Below are positions 1-14,855 of a stretch of DNA of 64,000 bases, piece by piece. This stretch comes from Octopus vulgaris (taxonomy: Eukaryota): NCBI GenBank assembly GCA_951406725.2, contig OX597827.1:58962001-59026000 (forward strand), given 5' to 3'. Under the pieces are notes generated by a model. The model made no database searches, was not told the DNA's origin, and saw only the letters and a list, made by a program, of their open reading frames with translations. The translations under genes were made by a program, and so were the position numbers. Numbering within the stretch: the stretch's first letter is position 1; each line of letters begins with the position of its first letter.

Positions 1-430
1 ATATGAACTTTATCAAGTGCTAGAAAGTAAGAAATATAAGATGTTATAGGATTTTAACATTCAGACTGACAAAATAACAGAATAACAGAAGCTAGAAGAC
101 CTGATTTAGTAGCAGTAGGCAAAGAGAATAGATATTGACTTTACAGTCTCAAATGACGAGAAAGTTAATATGAGAGGTCTAGAGAAAAACATAACAAAGT
201 ACCAAAATTTAGCTATTGAGTTAAAATGCATCCTTGTAGTTATAGGCGTATTAGAAACTATTCCTAAGGATTTGAATTGATGGATAGAGGAAACAGATCT
301 AAAACCTAGTTTAGTGATACTCCAGAAAACAGTATTATTATAGGCAGCTAGGGTCCTTACAAAGGTTCTAGACATCTAAGGTTACTTGTAGCCTGATATT
401 AGGAATTTTTTTCAACAATCTAATCTATAG
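1..430 (+). mobile_element. 3' fragment of RLE-type (R4/NeSL-like) non-LTR retrotransposon, degraded
   Basis: Broken frames read DFNIQTD, RPDLVAV, IDFTVSND, KYQNLAIEL, ILQKTVLL...VLDI*, the PD..D..K restriction-like endonuclease C-terminus. Confidence 0.75.
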
Positions 431-439
431 TGCATTTAA

Positions 440-2141
440 CAAGACATACTGACAGATAAAGGGCATGGCTATGGGTACAAAATTCGCACCTTCATATGCC
501 AACCTGGTGATGGGTTTCCTTAAGAACAAACTATATGATGAAATAGGGAAAGCCTTCGAACGCGACTTCAGAGAAGACATCAAGAAAAAGTGGAAACGCT
601 ACCATGATGACTGCTTCATCTTTTGGAACAGATCAGGAGATCTACGAACATTCCACAACATCCTCAACATAATGCACCCATCCATCAACTTCACGATAGA
701 TACCAGCCACAACGAACTTCCCTTCCTAGACATCAACATCAAGATACACAACTCCATCATCACAACAGACATCAACTGCCACCCATCCCACATAAAAAGA
801 ATCATCCCATATAGTATGGCAAGACGTATATGTAGCATAGTAACTGACTCACAAACACGCCAAATAAGACTAGATGAACTTAAAACTCCCTACTAGAACA
901 AAAATACCCACACAAAATAATAAAAAATGGAATCTCAAGAGCAATGAAACTAGACATGACACAACTCAGAACTCCAAAAACGAAAAACAAAGAAAACATC
1001 ATCCCTTTCATAAACACACATAACCCTGGAGTTACCAACATGTTTCAAATCATACATTCAAACTTACCAATAGTCCTACAAAGCCCCAAAATGGGAAACA
1101 TATTAAACAAATATTGCATAAAAAACAGTAAATGACAAGACAAAAACCTGAAGAAACAACTAACAAGAGCGAAATTCTCATCAGAAACTAAAACCGAATT
1201 CTTTGTAAAAGAGTGCGGAGATGGTAGATGTGGGATCTGCAGTAACACCACGTATAAATATATAGAGTGAGACAAACAAATGAAATTTAAGAGTGGTCAC
1301 ATATTCAAAATAAATGCAGACATGAACTGCAAGACGCAGAACGTAATATACAGCATAACCTTCCCCACATGCAAGGAGAATTATATAGGCGAAACTGGAA
1401 ATTCTTTATGCCAATAAGCTAGAATTCACTGACAACATGTCCAACAGGAGGAACTGCGAAAGATTCCACTGAGTAAACACCTAGATACATGTGGAGAAGG
1501 AAAATTTAAGATCTTTCCCTTCTACAAATATCCAAAGAACGACACCTCCTTCAGGAGAAATATAGAAAAATACTTCATAACAAAGTTCTCCCCCAAATTG
1601 AATGGCTGAAAATATTTCTATAAAAATTTGTACTAGATGAAGGACCAATTTTGTAAAGTAAATTGCATTAAACACACACACACACAGTACTACACATATG
1701 TACATATACATAAATAAAAACAATCTTTCATCCAGATTCTCCAACCCATGTCAGCATGGGAATCAAACATTGGATTGAAAGAACTGAACAGTGGTATAAA
1801 TGTCAACACAATTATTTCTTCTTCCTCTCTTTCTTCTTTTTTCCCTTCTCAAGAGACACACCTTCCAGATACATAGGTACCCCCCCACACACACACACAC
1901 GCACATACACACACACACACACTCACAAAACAATAATAAAAAGAAATCCAGACAATTTTTTGAGAAGTGACATTTTGCCCCCCTTGAAGTGGCCAGCTGA
2001 GTTTGCCATTTCTAAAAGCCAAGAATCATTTACTATTGAAAGACTGACCAGTTGCAAAAATGTAAACACATATAACACATTCCTATTTCTCTCCTCCTCC
2101 TCCTTCCTTTTATTCCCCATTCCCATTTGACACTCTTTCAG

Positions 2142-2238
<97 letters not shown>

Positions 2239-2746
2239 AGACAGTGATAAAAAGGAAATCCAGACAATTTTTTGAGCAGTGACATTTTGCCCCACTTAGA
2301 GTGACCAGCTGGGTTTGCCATTTCTAAAAGCCAAGAATCACTTACTATTGAAAGACTGACCAGCTGCAAAGATATCAACAATATTTTTTCTTCTTTCTCT
2401 CCTTCTTCTTCCTTTCCTTCTCTTTTTCTTTAACACTTCTTTCAGATACAAACACACACACACACACACACGTGTGCTCTCTCTCACTTTCTCCCCATTC
2501 CTCTTGTACTATCTTATATCTCTCCCCACCCCTACACACTCAATAATACTATAAAAAGAGACAAAATTCCTGCAAAAGTTCAATTTGAAAACTCTACTAG
2601 AGTGGATGAAAGTGCTAATATATATGATTCATAAAAACATGCAACATACTAATAAATATCTGTAAATATAAAACTATCCAGATTTCTGAGTACCTCATTT
2701 CTTCTAATATATAATACTTGTACATCATCTCCAAACCTTCTAATAT

Positions 2747-2750
<4 letters not shown>
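440..2750 (+). mobile_element. Penelope-like retroelement remnant (RT + GIY-YIG, pseudogenised) with 3' repeat region
   Basis: AMGTKFAPSYANL, RYHDDCFIFW, HPSINFT...LPFLDI (PLE RT), then NCKTQNVIY...C...YIGETG (GIY-YIG) to about 1550; duplicated ~150-bp block at ~1921-2060 and ~2233-2380; right boundary approximate. Confidence 0.88.
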
Positions 2751-2795
<45 letters not shown>

Positions 2796-4051
2796 TATAT
2801 ATATACAAAATTATATATCTATATTTATAAAAGAGGCTTTGGGTCAATATTGTGTGCACATTTTGCTATGTCAGAGGTTGGCAGCCAGACCAGTGGTTGG
2901 ATCGAGCTGAAAATTGACATAGAAGACGTGATGAGGCAGAGAATTGAGTAGGTTAACTTGCCATCTGGAAAGATGCGGTTGCTATGGTGAGAAGAGTGAT
3001 TTTTTTATCGATTCAAGGGGGCATCTAATCTAATCTATAAAATGAAGAAGGCGAACATTGATACAAATTGGCTTTTTGTGTAAAAAAGGGTCTAAATGGG
3101 GCTGGAAGGGGATTAAAATTTACAAGAGGGGGTAACTTGAGGTGAGAAATTGATTGGGAGACGTTTTGGGGTGCTACAGTGGTTGCGCTGCAGTGAAAAA
3201 AGATTTTATTGATTTTTGGGGACACTTGGGGGTCTAGATTGGACACCTTTTGCTTGATTTCAATCAAATTTCAACACGGTAAAGTAGAAGTGGATTTGTA
3301 ATTTAAGCGCAGAAAATGGGTTTGAAATTTTGAAAATTAAGGCAAAACTTTTGAAGTTGAAAAAATTTCTCGTTTTTACATATTTTTGCCTTTTCTTTTT
3401 TATAGTTTTCATTTTTTCTTAAAGAAATTTACAGTTGCATGTAGCTCATGTTTAGAGCTTTCATTTGCTTGGTCAATCGTCGAAAAATTCCCAAAATAAG
3501 TACTAAATTTAACAAAGAAATCTTTTTATTCCTTATTTTTAATTGCTCAAATAGTGGCACATACAAAAGGCAAGTGTGCTTTCCGTTGTCACTGCCTGAT
3601 ATTTATGATTGATCTTCTAAAATATTTTCTTTCTCAACATACTCAAGATCTTTTGCTTTTTATAAATAGGAGAGAGATAGATAAACATAGAGAGTAAGAG
3701 AATGCGAGGGAGAGCCCGAGAGAAAGGAAGAATAAGAGAGTGGCAAAGTGAGAGAGAAACAAAGAGGGAAAATGTAGTATTCATTCTAATAGCCCTTTTG
3801 TCTTAATGATGTCAATCACACAGTAATTTCCCTTTGTTTAATGGTCATTTTCCTAGCATTTTTTTTTTGATGGCCCGATAACTAAAGAGATGCCAGCATG
3901 GGTTTCCACCCCGACATCCAAAACTTAGAGTTTTATCATGACTGCTGAATAATTGCCACATACATATTATATTTACAGATAAAGTCCTCTATTTACATAA
4001 TATCGAGGTCTCTTTCATTCTTTTGTTGTCTTGCCATTTCTATCAATATAT

Positions 4052-4127
<76 letters not shown>

Positions 4128-4559
4128 AAATCTCAGAGCGAGTTATAAACAGTAGCGGCAACACATTGTGACATATATTTGCCATTTGATATTGGCTAAC
4201 CCCTAAGGGTGGATGCTACTGTAGTTTGTAGCACCAGGAAGACACCTCCTCCAGCTGGCTATAGACACACTTTCTGTGCCCTATCAGTATTTCCCTTCAC
4301 AAATACTGATAGGGCACAGAAAGTGTGTCTATAGCCAGCTGGAGGAGGTGTCTTCCTGGGGCTACAAACTACAGTATCATCCACCCTTAGGGGTTAGCCA
4401 TATTCAAATGGCAAATATACGTCACTATATATATATATTTACAATATATGTATATATACATATAAAATATACACACATATCTATACAGTATTTTTTTTTT
4501 TGCTTTAGTTTCAGTTGATAGTTGTGGCCATGCTGATGCACCACCGTTTTGCTACACTG

Positions 4560-4972
4560 TTATTACTGAGCGCCTCCTCCAATATGTGGCACTTGGTGAA
4601 GAATGGAGTTTGATGCAGCTACCCTCATTTGCACCTCTTGCCATGAGGTAGTATCATCTGGGACTTTCAACAGGAAGATGTCCAGCTTTCATTTACAAAT
4701 GCCTACATCTACTTTGTGCAAGTTCTTTAGGTTCTCTGGAAGAATATTAAAAAGCTGTGGGCCCCTGAAACCCAGGCTGTTGCAGTAGCTGGTCCTGATG
4801 GCATTGCTGGGATTTTTGGCATTATGCAGTGTTGTCCTGTTCTGGCATTAGAGTAGCTTTCAATGCCAAAATTTGGCACAATTCCTTCCAGGATCTTTCA
4901 GATGTATATTACTGCATACCTCTCCTGTCTTTTCTCCAGGGAGTAGAGTCTTAGCTGTTTCAACCTTTCTGA
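4560..4972 (-). mobile_element. LINE (L2/CR1-like) 3' fragment
   Basis: Minus strand reads ERLKQLRLYSLEKRQERYAVIYI. Confidence 0.6.
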
Positions 4973-4990
4973 GCACATATATATATATAC

Positions 4991-5026
<36 letters not shown>

Positions 5027-5351
5027 TGTAGGCTCAAAACGTAAAAGACTTACTCATTTCCTGAGCGTTAAACTAATACATCTGTTTGTTGTTTATACAC
5101 CCGCCTTCATCTTTTGTTCTGTTTTTTTTTTGTAAATTCTAACTATATACAGTGTATGTATATATATATATATATATATATATAAATACAATATATATAT
5201 ATATATACATACATATATTATATATATAAAATTATATATATGCATACATATATTACAAAAAAAATATATATATATATAAAATATATATATATACATATAT
5301 TATATATATAAAATTATATATATGCCTACATATATATATATATATATAAAT

Positions 5352-5530
<179 letters not shown>

Positions 5531-6110
5531 ATATATATATATAGATGAGATCAGATCCCACAAAAAGAAAATATTAAGATATAATTGGTTACAATGCATA
5601 TAAATACATACCTTCCTCAGTGAGCATATGTAATAATCTAAGAAAAATAGCAAGTTTAACTTATATACTCTCCCATCTGTGCCCACCCCTAATCTCTATG
5701 GGACTTATTTAATGAAAAAATAAATTAATAACCATAGAAAAAAATTGAAATAAAAAATATAGAGTGCAGTGAAAATATAGTGAAATAGAAATTCTTAAGT
5801 GGATAAAAGTGATATCAAAGAAGTCAAAAATGAAATAAAATAATAGCTTTAATAATTAATCAAATGATGCTGTGTGAATTAATTTAAATTTCTGAATTAC
5901 TAAGTTATCTATTATGTAATGTCATTACAAATAATGTTGGTATTCACAACTGTTTTATCAACTATTTTTAAGGTCGATTTTTGTTGTTTTAGCTATGTTT
6001 TTTTAAGATTTGTATTAACATCTAATTGTGACTTTCTTATGTTTGTTTAATGGCAAGTAAATAAGTGATGTGTTTTGTAATTGTTGTTATGGTCTATGTT
6101 TATATTTGCT

Positions 6111-6184
<74 letters not shown>

Positions 6185-6523
6185 TGTATATATGTGTATA
6201 TATAGTGCTATACTTGGAGATAGTCATTTTATATTACCATCACTAATATCATTCACTCAGATTTATTCATGCATGTATTTGTGCATGTACACATACATAT
6301 GTTTTTGTGTGTGTGTATGTGTGTGTGTGTTTTACCCCACAACTGCTTGACAACTGGTGTTGATGTGCTTACATCCCCTAACTTAGTGGTCCATCATAAG
6401 AAACTGATAGAATATGTACCAAGCTTAAAAAAAATAAAAAGTACTAGAATCAATTCATTTAACTAAAATTCTTCAAAGTGGTGCCCCAGCATGGCCACAG
6501 TTTAATTACTCAAACAAGTAAAA

Positions 6524-6574
<51 letters not shown>

Positions 6575-6575
6575 A

Positions 6576-7605
<1,030 letters not shown>

Positions 7606-8009
7606 TTTACCTTTCCAAATCTTTGACTTTGAATTTTTAATATTTGATAAGTTTGACATACAAATTGAAACCAGAAATATTTTACAAAAGTCACTTAATG
7701 TAACAATAAAAATAATAGTTATCCTGTCTAGTTAAAAGAAAAAGAAGTCAAAAGATCTTTAAATATACTTCTGTACTATTTCCATTTATACTTTCATTTG
7801 TATAAATTCTTAACCCCTTTTCAACTATATGTATGTATATCGTTACTCAGTTTTATTTAAAGATTTCTTGCCTTCATATCAACAGAGAAAGAGTCAGCTT
7901 CTAACCTAGAGCCAAGGTTCCTTCATTGGAATTTCAACAACATCAACATGGTATTGCTGCATGTATGTGTGCAGATTTGTGAGGAATTTTTATGTATGTA
8001 TTCTCATGC

Positions 8010-8240
8010 ATATACTTGCAAGTCTAGACATGCTCACACATACTTAAATGACAAACTTCTGGAAAATTTTACAAAGTTTTACAGTTCTAGCGATGACTTT
8101 GAATCTGTAGTCTTTGCATCAGCTTTCTCCTTTCTGGTTTTGGAAAGCCTAATTTCTCAAGATTGATATTTAGGCAGTGCATTACATATCCCAGAGCCCC
8201 AATAATTACAGGTATAAACCTGAACTTGTAATCTGGAATG
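8010..8240 (-). mobile_element. RLE-type LINE 3' fragment
   Basis: PDYKFRFIPVIIGALGYVMHCLNINLEKLGF; same family at 19600-20150 and 48860-49040. Confidence 0.7.
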
Positions 8241-8754
8241 TGTGTGCATGTGCTTGCATGCGTGCATGCATGCATATTCACATATATGTATGCATATTAG
8301 TGTGTGTGTGTGTAAGTTGGTGTTGCCTTGTCCTAACATCATGTGACTATTAAAAATGAGTGTCGCCCTCATACAAGTGACATTCCTCATTTCCAAACTT
8401 CTAGCTATGAGGTGTAATGTTAATTTTCTTGGAAACAAGTGAGGGTTGGTGACAGGAAGGGTCTCCCGACATAGAAAATCTGCCTCAACAAATTGCATCC
8501 AACCCATGCCAGCATGGATAAGTGGACAATAAAATGATGATGATATAAAATTTCTGTCTTTTCAGCTAAACTAATCAAACAAACCACTACACCTCAACAG
8601 TTCTATATGAAATTATAAATCAGAACAAGAAAAGGCAGAAATCATATGCTTCAGAACAAAGCACTAAAATCTGCTAAAATATTTTCAATTTAAGGAAGAT
8701 AAGACAGTCAATCAGCAAACTAAATTAATTACTAAACAATATATTTAAAATGAT

Positions 8755-9010
8755 AAATAAATGCACCCTTTTTAAAGCCTAGCCAGGCTCATGGGCCCAT
8801 TTTCCAGGTTTCTATGGTATATGTGTTCCCTAACTGGACAGGACACCAGTCCATCACAGCATTACTCATTTTTGCCAGCTGAGTGGACTGGAGCAATGTG
8901 AAATGAAGTGTTTTGCTCAAGAACACAACACATCGCCCGGTCCAGGAATCGAAACCACAATCTTATGAACATGATGCTGACACCCTAACCACTAAGCCAT
9001 GCGCCTCCAC

Positions 9011-9054
<44 letters not shown>

Positions 9055-9152
9055 CCCTGATGCAGTACAAGACATTGCCCAGTCCAGGAATCGAAGCCAC
9101 AATCTTACGATCATGATGCTGACACCCTAACCACTAAGCCATGCACCTCCAC

Positions 9153-9184
<32 letters not shown>

Positions 9185-9282
9185 CCCTGATGCAGTACCA
9201 GATATTGCCCGGTCCAGGAATCGAAGCCACAATCTTACGATCATGATGCTGACACCCTAACCACTAAGCCATGTGCCTCCAC
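8755..9282 (-). mobile_element. tRNA-derived SINE with its head triplicated in tandem (units separated by (AAT)n)
   Basis: A/B-box head ggaggcgcatggcttagtggttagggtgtcagcatc...ttcgattcctggac repeated at ~8935, ~9075, ~9205. Confidence 0.8.
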
Positions 9283-9347
9283 AAACAACATATTTAGATA
9301 AGAAAAAATATTTCTGCAAAGGTAAAATTCAACTTTTGTTCAACCTG

Positions 9348-9397
<50 letters not shown>

Positions 9398-9950
9398 ATT
9401 TCTTTTTGCTTTTTAGATTTTACACTAGCTGCTAAGTACCAAATTCTTCAGTCTATTATTTCACTCAAAAGTATTTTTGCTTGTTTTTAATCTGTATGTA
9501 ATATTTTTCAAAAACTGTGATTTTGGATTCAGTTCCACAGCACAAAACCTTGGGCAAGTATCTTCTACTATAACCTGAGGCTGACCAAAGCCTTGTGACT
9601 GGATTTGGTGTATGGAAACTGAAAGCTCACCACATATATAGATGTGTGTGTGTGTGTGCACATGTGCATGCGTGTGCACACATGTGAATGTATGTGCACA
9701 TGTGTGTATGTGTGACTGTGTGCATATATGGGTGTGAGTGTATCTTTATGCTTGTGTTTGTCTCCTATAGCTTGAGAATCAGCATTGGTTTCTTTACTTA
9801 GTGGTTCATCAAAAGAGAACAATAAAATAAATATCAGAGTATAAAACCAAGTACTGGGTTCTAAGACCCTTCATTACAATGCTCCAGCATGGCTGCAGTC
9901 AAATGACTGAAACAAGTAAATCATAAGAAATATAAGATAATACCAAAGAA

Positions 9951-10003
<53 letters not shown>

Positions 10004-11769
10004 TAATAACAACAACAATGATAATAATGATAATAATAATAATACTAATAATAGAGATGCTTTGAAAAGAAGATGCATTATGAAAGTCTACATGCGAAAG
10101 AGTAAATCAGTGGAGAAAAATTAATTAATTAAAAAATTAATTAATAAAAAAAGATGTAGAAATTTTAATTAGAATGAAGTAATTCTAAAACAAATACAAA
10201 GAATTGTTGAAGAAACCTTTATAAGTGTGTAAGAGAATGATGGAAAGAGAATGATAAAGAGAAATAGATAAAGAAATATCGTACAGTGAAGAAATAGTGG
10301 TTGGCAATAAAAGGGGCATCCAGTTGCGAAGACCCCAGCCAAAACCTCATGCAATACGGTGCAGGATTGAGATGTGTATAAGGATTCTGTATTGCATACC
10401 CATCCAACCCATGCCAGCATGGAAAAACAGATTTTAAAACTGGTGACGATTGGTGATGGTCATGAGGATGAAGAGGATGATAAGGAGGAAGAGGAAGATG
10501 ATAAATAATAATGATTAGAATTATTATTATTAATATAAAGATTTATCATTATTACATTTATTATTGTTATTGTGCATAGAACAAAAATGCAACAAATATA
10601 CAAACAATAATGTGATGCAACACAGTATACCGAACAAACCATTTGATATGTTGTCATTATTATTTAATATGTAAGAAATATAAATTTTTTGCTATATGAT
10701 GATTTGAATAGAACATGTATGTTGTTATAGGAACAACTACCAATAAAGTGTATGTGTGAATGTGTGTGTATTCGTGTCTGTATGTGTCTATGGATGAGTG
10801 GGTGTTATGATCCTGTTTAGTTATAGTGCTACTCATAATAACAAAACATACAAATCTGCAAATATACATACATACATGCAGATATACATACATACATACA
10901 TACATGCATGCATACAGATATACATACATACGTACGTATGTACGTACGTACATACATACATACATACAACATATACATACATACATACAGATATACATAC
11001 ATACATACATCCATACATATATACATGCAGATATACATACATACATACATACATACATACATGTGTACGTACGTATGTACATACATACATACATACATAC
11101 ATGCAGATATACATACATACATGCAGATATGCATACATACATGCAGATATACATACGTACCTACATACATACATACGTACTTACATACATACATACATAC
11201 AGATATACATACATACATACAGATATACATACATACATACATATATACACGCAGATATACATACATACATACATACATACATACATGCAGATATATATAT
11301 ATGTACATACATACAACAATACCCGGTTGATGTTATTGAAATTCCATATATTTATACTTCACTGTAAATTATCATGTTTATAGTACAAGGCTTAAATATT
11401 GATTTCAAATTTTGGCACAAGGCCAACAGGTTTGGTGGGGAGGAGGCTAAGTCAGTTACAGTGACCCCAGTGCTTAACTGGTACTTCTTTTATCAACCCT
11501 CGAAAGGATCAAAGGCAAAGCTGACCTTGGTGGAGTTTGAAGCCGGAACGTAAAGACAGATGAAATGCCACTAAGCATTCTACCCGGTGTGCTAACGATT
11601 CTGCCAGTTTGCCACCTTAGTACAGAGCTTAATCATTAATTAATGAGTGAAAAAAGGTCATGAATTATGTAATTTATGTTCTCTGCATGCATGCAGCCCA
11701 GAGATGAATTCCTGTGCAGACATCTTGTTGCTTCCTTGGAGCTCTTTGAATGTATGTATATGTATATAT

Positions 11770-12166
11770 ACTCTCTCTTTACTCTTTTACTCGTTTCAGT
11801 CATTTGACGGTGGCCATGCTGGAGCACCGCCTTTAGTCGAGCAAATCGACCCCAGGAATTATTCTTTGTAAGCCTAGTACTTATTCTATCGGCCTCTTTT
11901 GCCTAACCGCTAAGTTACGGGGATGTAAACACATCAGCATCGGTTGTCAAGCAATGTTGGAGGGACAAACACAGACACACACACATATATATATATATAC
12001 ATATACATATATACGACGGGCTTCTTTGAGTTTCTGTCTACCAAATCCACTCACAAGGCTTTGGTCAGCCCGAGGCTATAGTAGAAGACACATGCTCAAG
12101 GTGCCATGCAGTGGGACAGAACCCAGAACCATGTGGCTGGCAAACAAGCTACTTACCACACAGCCA
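11770..12166 (-). mobile_element. abundant octopus-type tRNA-derived SINE (family A)
   Basis: Matches near-full copy at 57359-57765; further copies ~9520, 27320, 38930, 40635, 45745, 48455, 55687. Confidence 0.85.
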
Positions 12167-12949
12167 TGTGTATGTGTATGTATATGTGTGTGTGTGTGTG
12201 TGTGTGTGAGTGTCTGTGTGTGTGTGTAAATTTGAGAGAGTGGGTATCTCTGTACACATATGCATATGTACATATGTCCCAGAGCTTGTGCATGTCTCTG
12301 TGTGTCTCTGAGTTGGGTTTTTGCATATGTGTGTCTGTCTGTATCTGTGGGTGACTCAGAGTGCAATTATATGTATGTATACATATATTTTCACTTATGC
12401 CTCTAATCAAATTTTGGACATACACTTTTCTTACATACATCTGTATTGACTTAACTCATTGATGATGGAGATGAACTTCCATAGCAAGTGATTTGATCTG
12501 AGATCGTGTGCTGAAACGAAAACAATTGCAGCGTGGAAGGTGTTTGTAAGCCATTAAAGAAACACACAAAAGCCATTCGATTCATTTCAACATGTTTAAT
12601 TTGTCAAAATATGCTGCAGCACGGATTTTTGCCAGTGAACAGGTCGCGGTCTTAAAGCGACGAAAATATTTTGAAAAATTAAACTTAAATGTTGAAGTGA
12701 ATCGAACGGCTTTTGTGTGTTTCTTAAATGGCTTACAAACACCTTCCACGCTGCAATTGTCATTGATGATGCCATTCCCTATATGGGTACAAATGTAATT
12801 CTACAAATGTAATGTAGTTCATAAAATAATCATTTGTTCCTTTGTCATCTCTTTTTCTTATTACCACTCTATACTCAGCCAACATTTCGTTCTGAAACAT
12901 ATGTATATTGAGCTCTACATTGAGTTATTGGTCTTGCCTAAGTTAGTTA

Positions 12950-13445
12950 GTTAATTTTTTGGCTCAAAAAGCAAAAAGCAAGGCCATGTAGGGGGGCATG
13001 GAGTTATGTACAGGGTGGTGTTCATGTAAAGAGTTCAGGCCACTTGTGGTCAAGGGAGACTTTGAACTGAGCAGTCGTCGGCATCTTCACTATCTCGTCC
13101 GGCAGCTTATTCCACAGATCCGCAACCCGGACAAAGAAAGCCCCTCTCCTTCGATTGAGATGAAATCATCGCAGATAGAGCTTTTCAGAGTGACCCCGCA
13201 GCCGACACTCTGGAGCAGGAGTGAAGAACGGCTCGTTCGAGAGGTTACACTTTCCGCTTATGATGTTGTGAGCGAGAATGAGATCACCATGGCATCGTCG
13301 TTTTTCTAGAGAATAAAGGTCGAGTGTCTTCAACCTTTCTTCAAAAGACAAATGCTTGAGACCAAGAACCATGCGGGTAGCCAGCTTCTGGACTCTTTCG
13401 AGATGCTGTATGTCTTTGAGGAGATAAGGAGAAGAGGCTTGAATG
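12950..13445 (-). mobile_element. CR1/L2-like LINE 3' fragment
   Basis: SPYLLKDIQHLERVQKLATRMV...EERLKTLDLYSLEKRR..GDLI...LRGHSEKL; related copy 41810-42100. Confidence 0.85.
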
Positions 13446-14031
13446 AATACACACACATACACATATACACACACACTATTATCTACACACAATCAAAGAT
13501 TACAAACATCATTCAGGAATAGCAAAATCCTATGAAAATACTGGTTAGTTACCTATACAAAGAATATTGAATATCATATTTAATACTCAACTGCAAAGTA
13601 ACTATATAAACCGTGGTTTATAAATATTTATTCATTATAATAATAAAATGAGAAAATAGAAAAGTAATTAAATTAAAAGATTGACAAACATCCTTTACAG
13701 CTGTTTTAATCCAGACCTCCAGAAAATTAATGAATTAAATTAAAAATTATTTGAAAGTTGAATCTCTTCAGAGGTAGATAAAGATGTATGAAATAGATGT
13801 GTTCTATTTCTGCATGTTGAGTAAATGGCTGCAAACCGTTAACTTAATTGTTTGCAGCCGTTCACTCAACATGCAGAAATTCAACATCTATTTCATACAT
13901 CTTTATCTACCTCTGAAGAGATTCAACTTTCAAATAATTTTTAATTTAATTCATTTTCTGGGGGTCTGAATTGAAACAGCTGTAAGGGATGTTTGTCAAT
14001 TTTTTAGTTAATTACTTCTCTATTTTCTCAT

Positions 14032-14078
<47 letters not shown>

Positions 14079-14824
14079 AGGTTATGAGAGGTAATGGTGT
14101 CAAGAAGACCCAAAGGTGTCAGGTAATGCTGAGTAAGTGCTATGGACAGACTATAGTTAAGCTCCAGGTTCTGTAATTATGCGAATGAGGAGTCCAATGT
14201 AGGTCATATATCAGCATGTGTATGTATATAAAAAATTAACAGAATAAGATAAAAATCCAAGGCTGTGAAAGATTTTAGAACATTTATAAAGAGAAGGTCT
14301 TACAGCTGTTTCCGGGATATTTTATATAAGAACAATAACTAAATGAAATTCTGCACTACCTGATTTCCAATTATCTCATCTTGAAGACAAGTATTGCCAT
14401 AAACATTAGCCAGTGGCATCCACTGCCCAAGCCACTCTGCCTCATGGCATCTTTCCTTCAGACATGACAGCTTTATCTCAGTTCTATATTTAAGTGATGA
14501 GGAATTATGTACATTATTTACATTTGACGGATATTTGTTCTCCTCTTGTTTGTTGTTAACACAACATTTTGGCTGATATACCCTCCAGCCTTCGTCAGGT
14601 GTCTTGGATAAATTTCGAACCTGGGTATTTTTTGATGTTATTATTATTATTATTATTATTCAGGTCACTGACTGGAATCGAACTTGAAATCTTGGGCTTA
14701 GTAGCCTGCGCTTTTGACCACTATACCATATGCCAATGAGCCCACGGGCATATGGCGCAGTGGTTAAGAGTGTGGGCTACTAACCCCAAGATTCTGAGTT
14801 CAATTCCAGGCAGTGACCTGAATG

Positions 14825-14855
<31 letters not shown>

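Noticed and set aside
2585-2650. Expected hammerhead at the end of the Penelope-like element
   Set aside because: Too degenerate: neither CUGANGA nor GAAA core is intact.
2815-3720. Possible second Helitron-like element (tctatatttataaaag start)
   Set aside because: No 3' hairpin plus CTAG found, so it cannot be classified from sequence alone.
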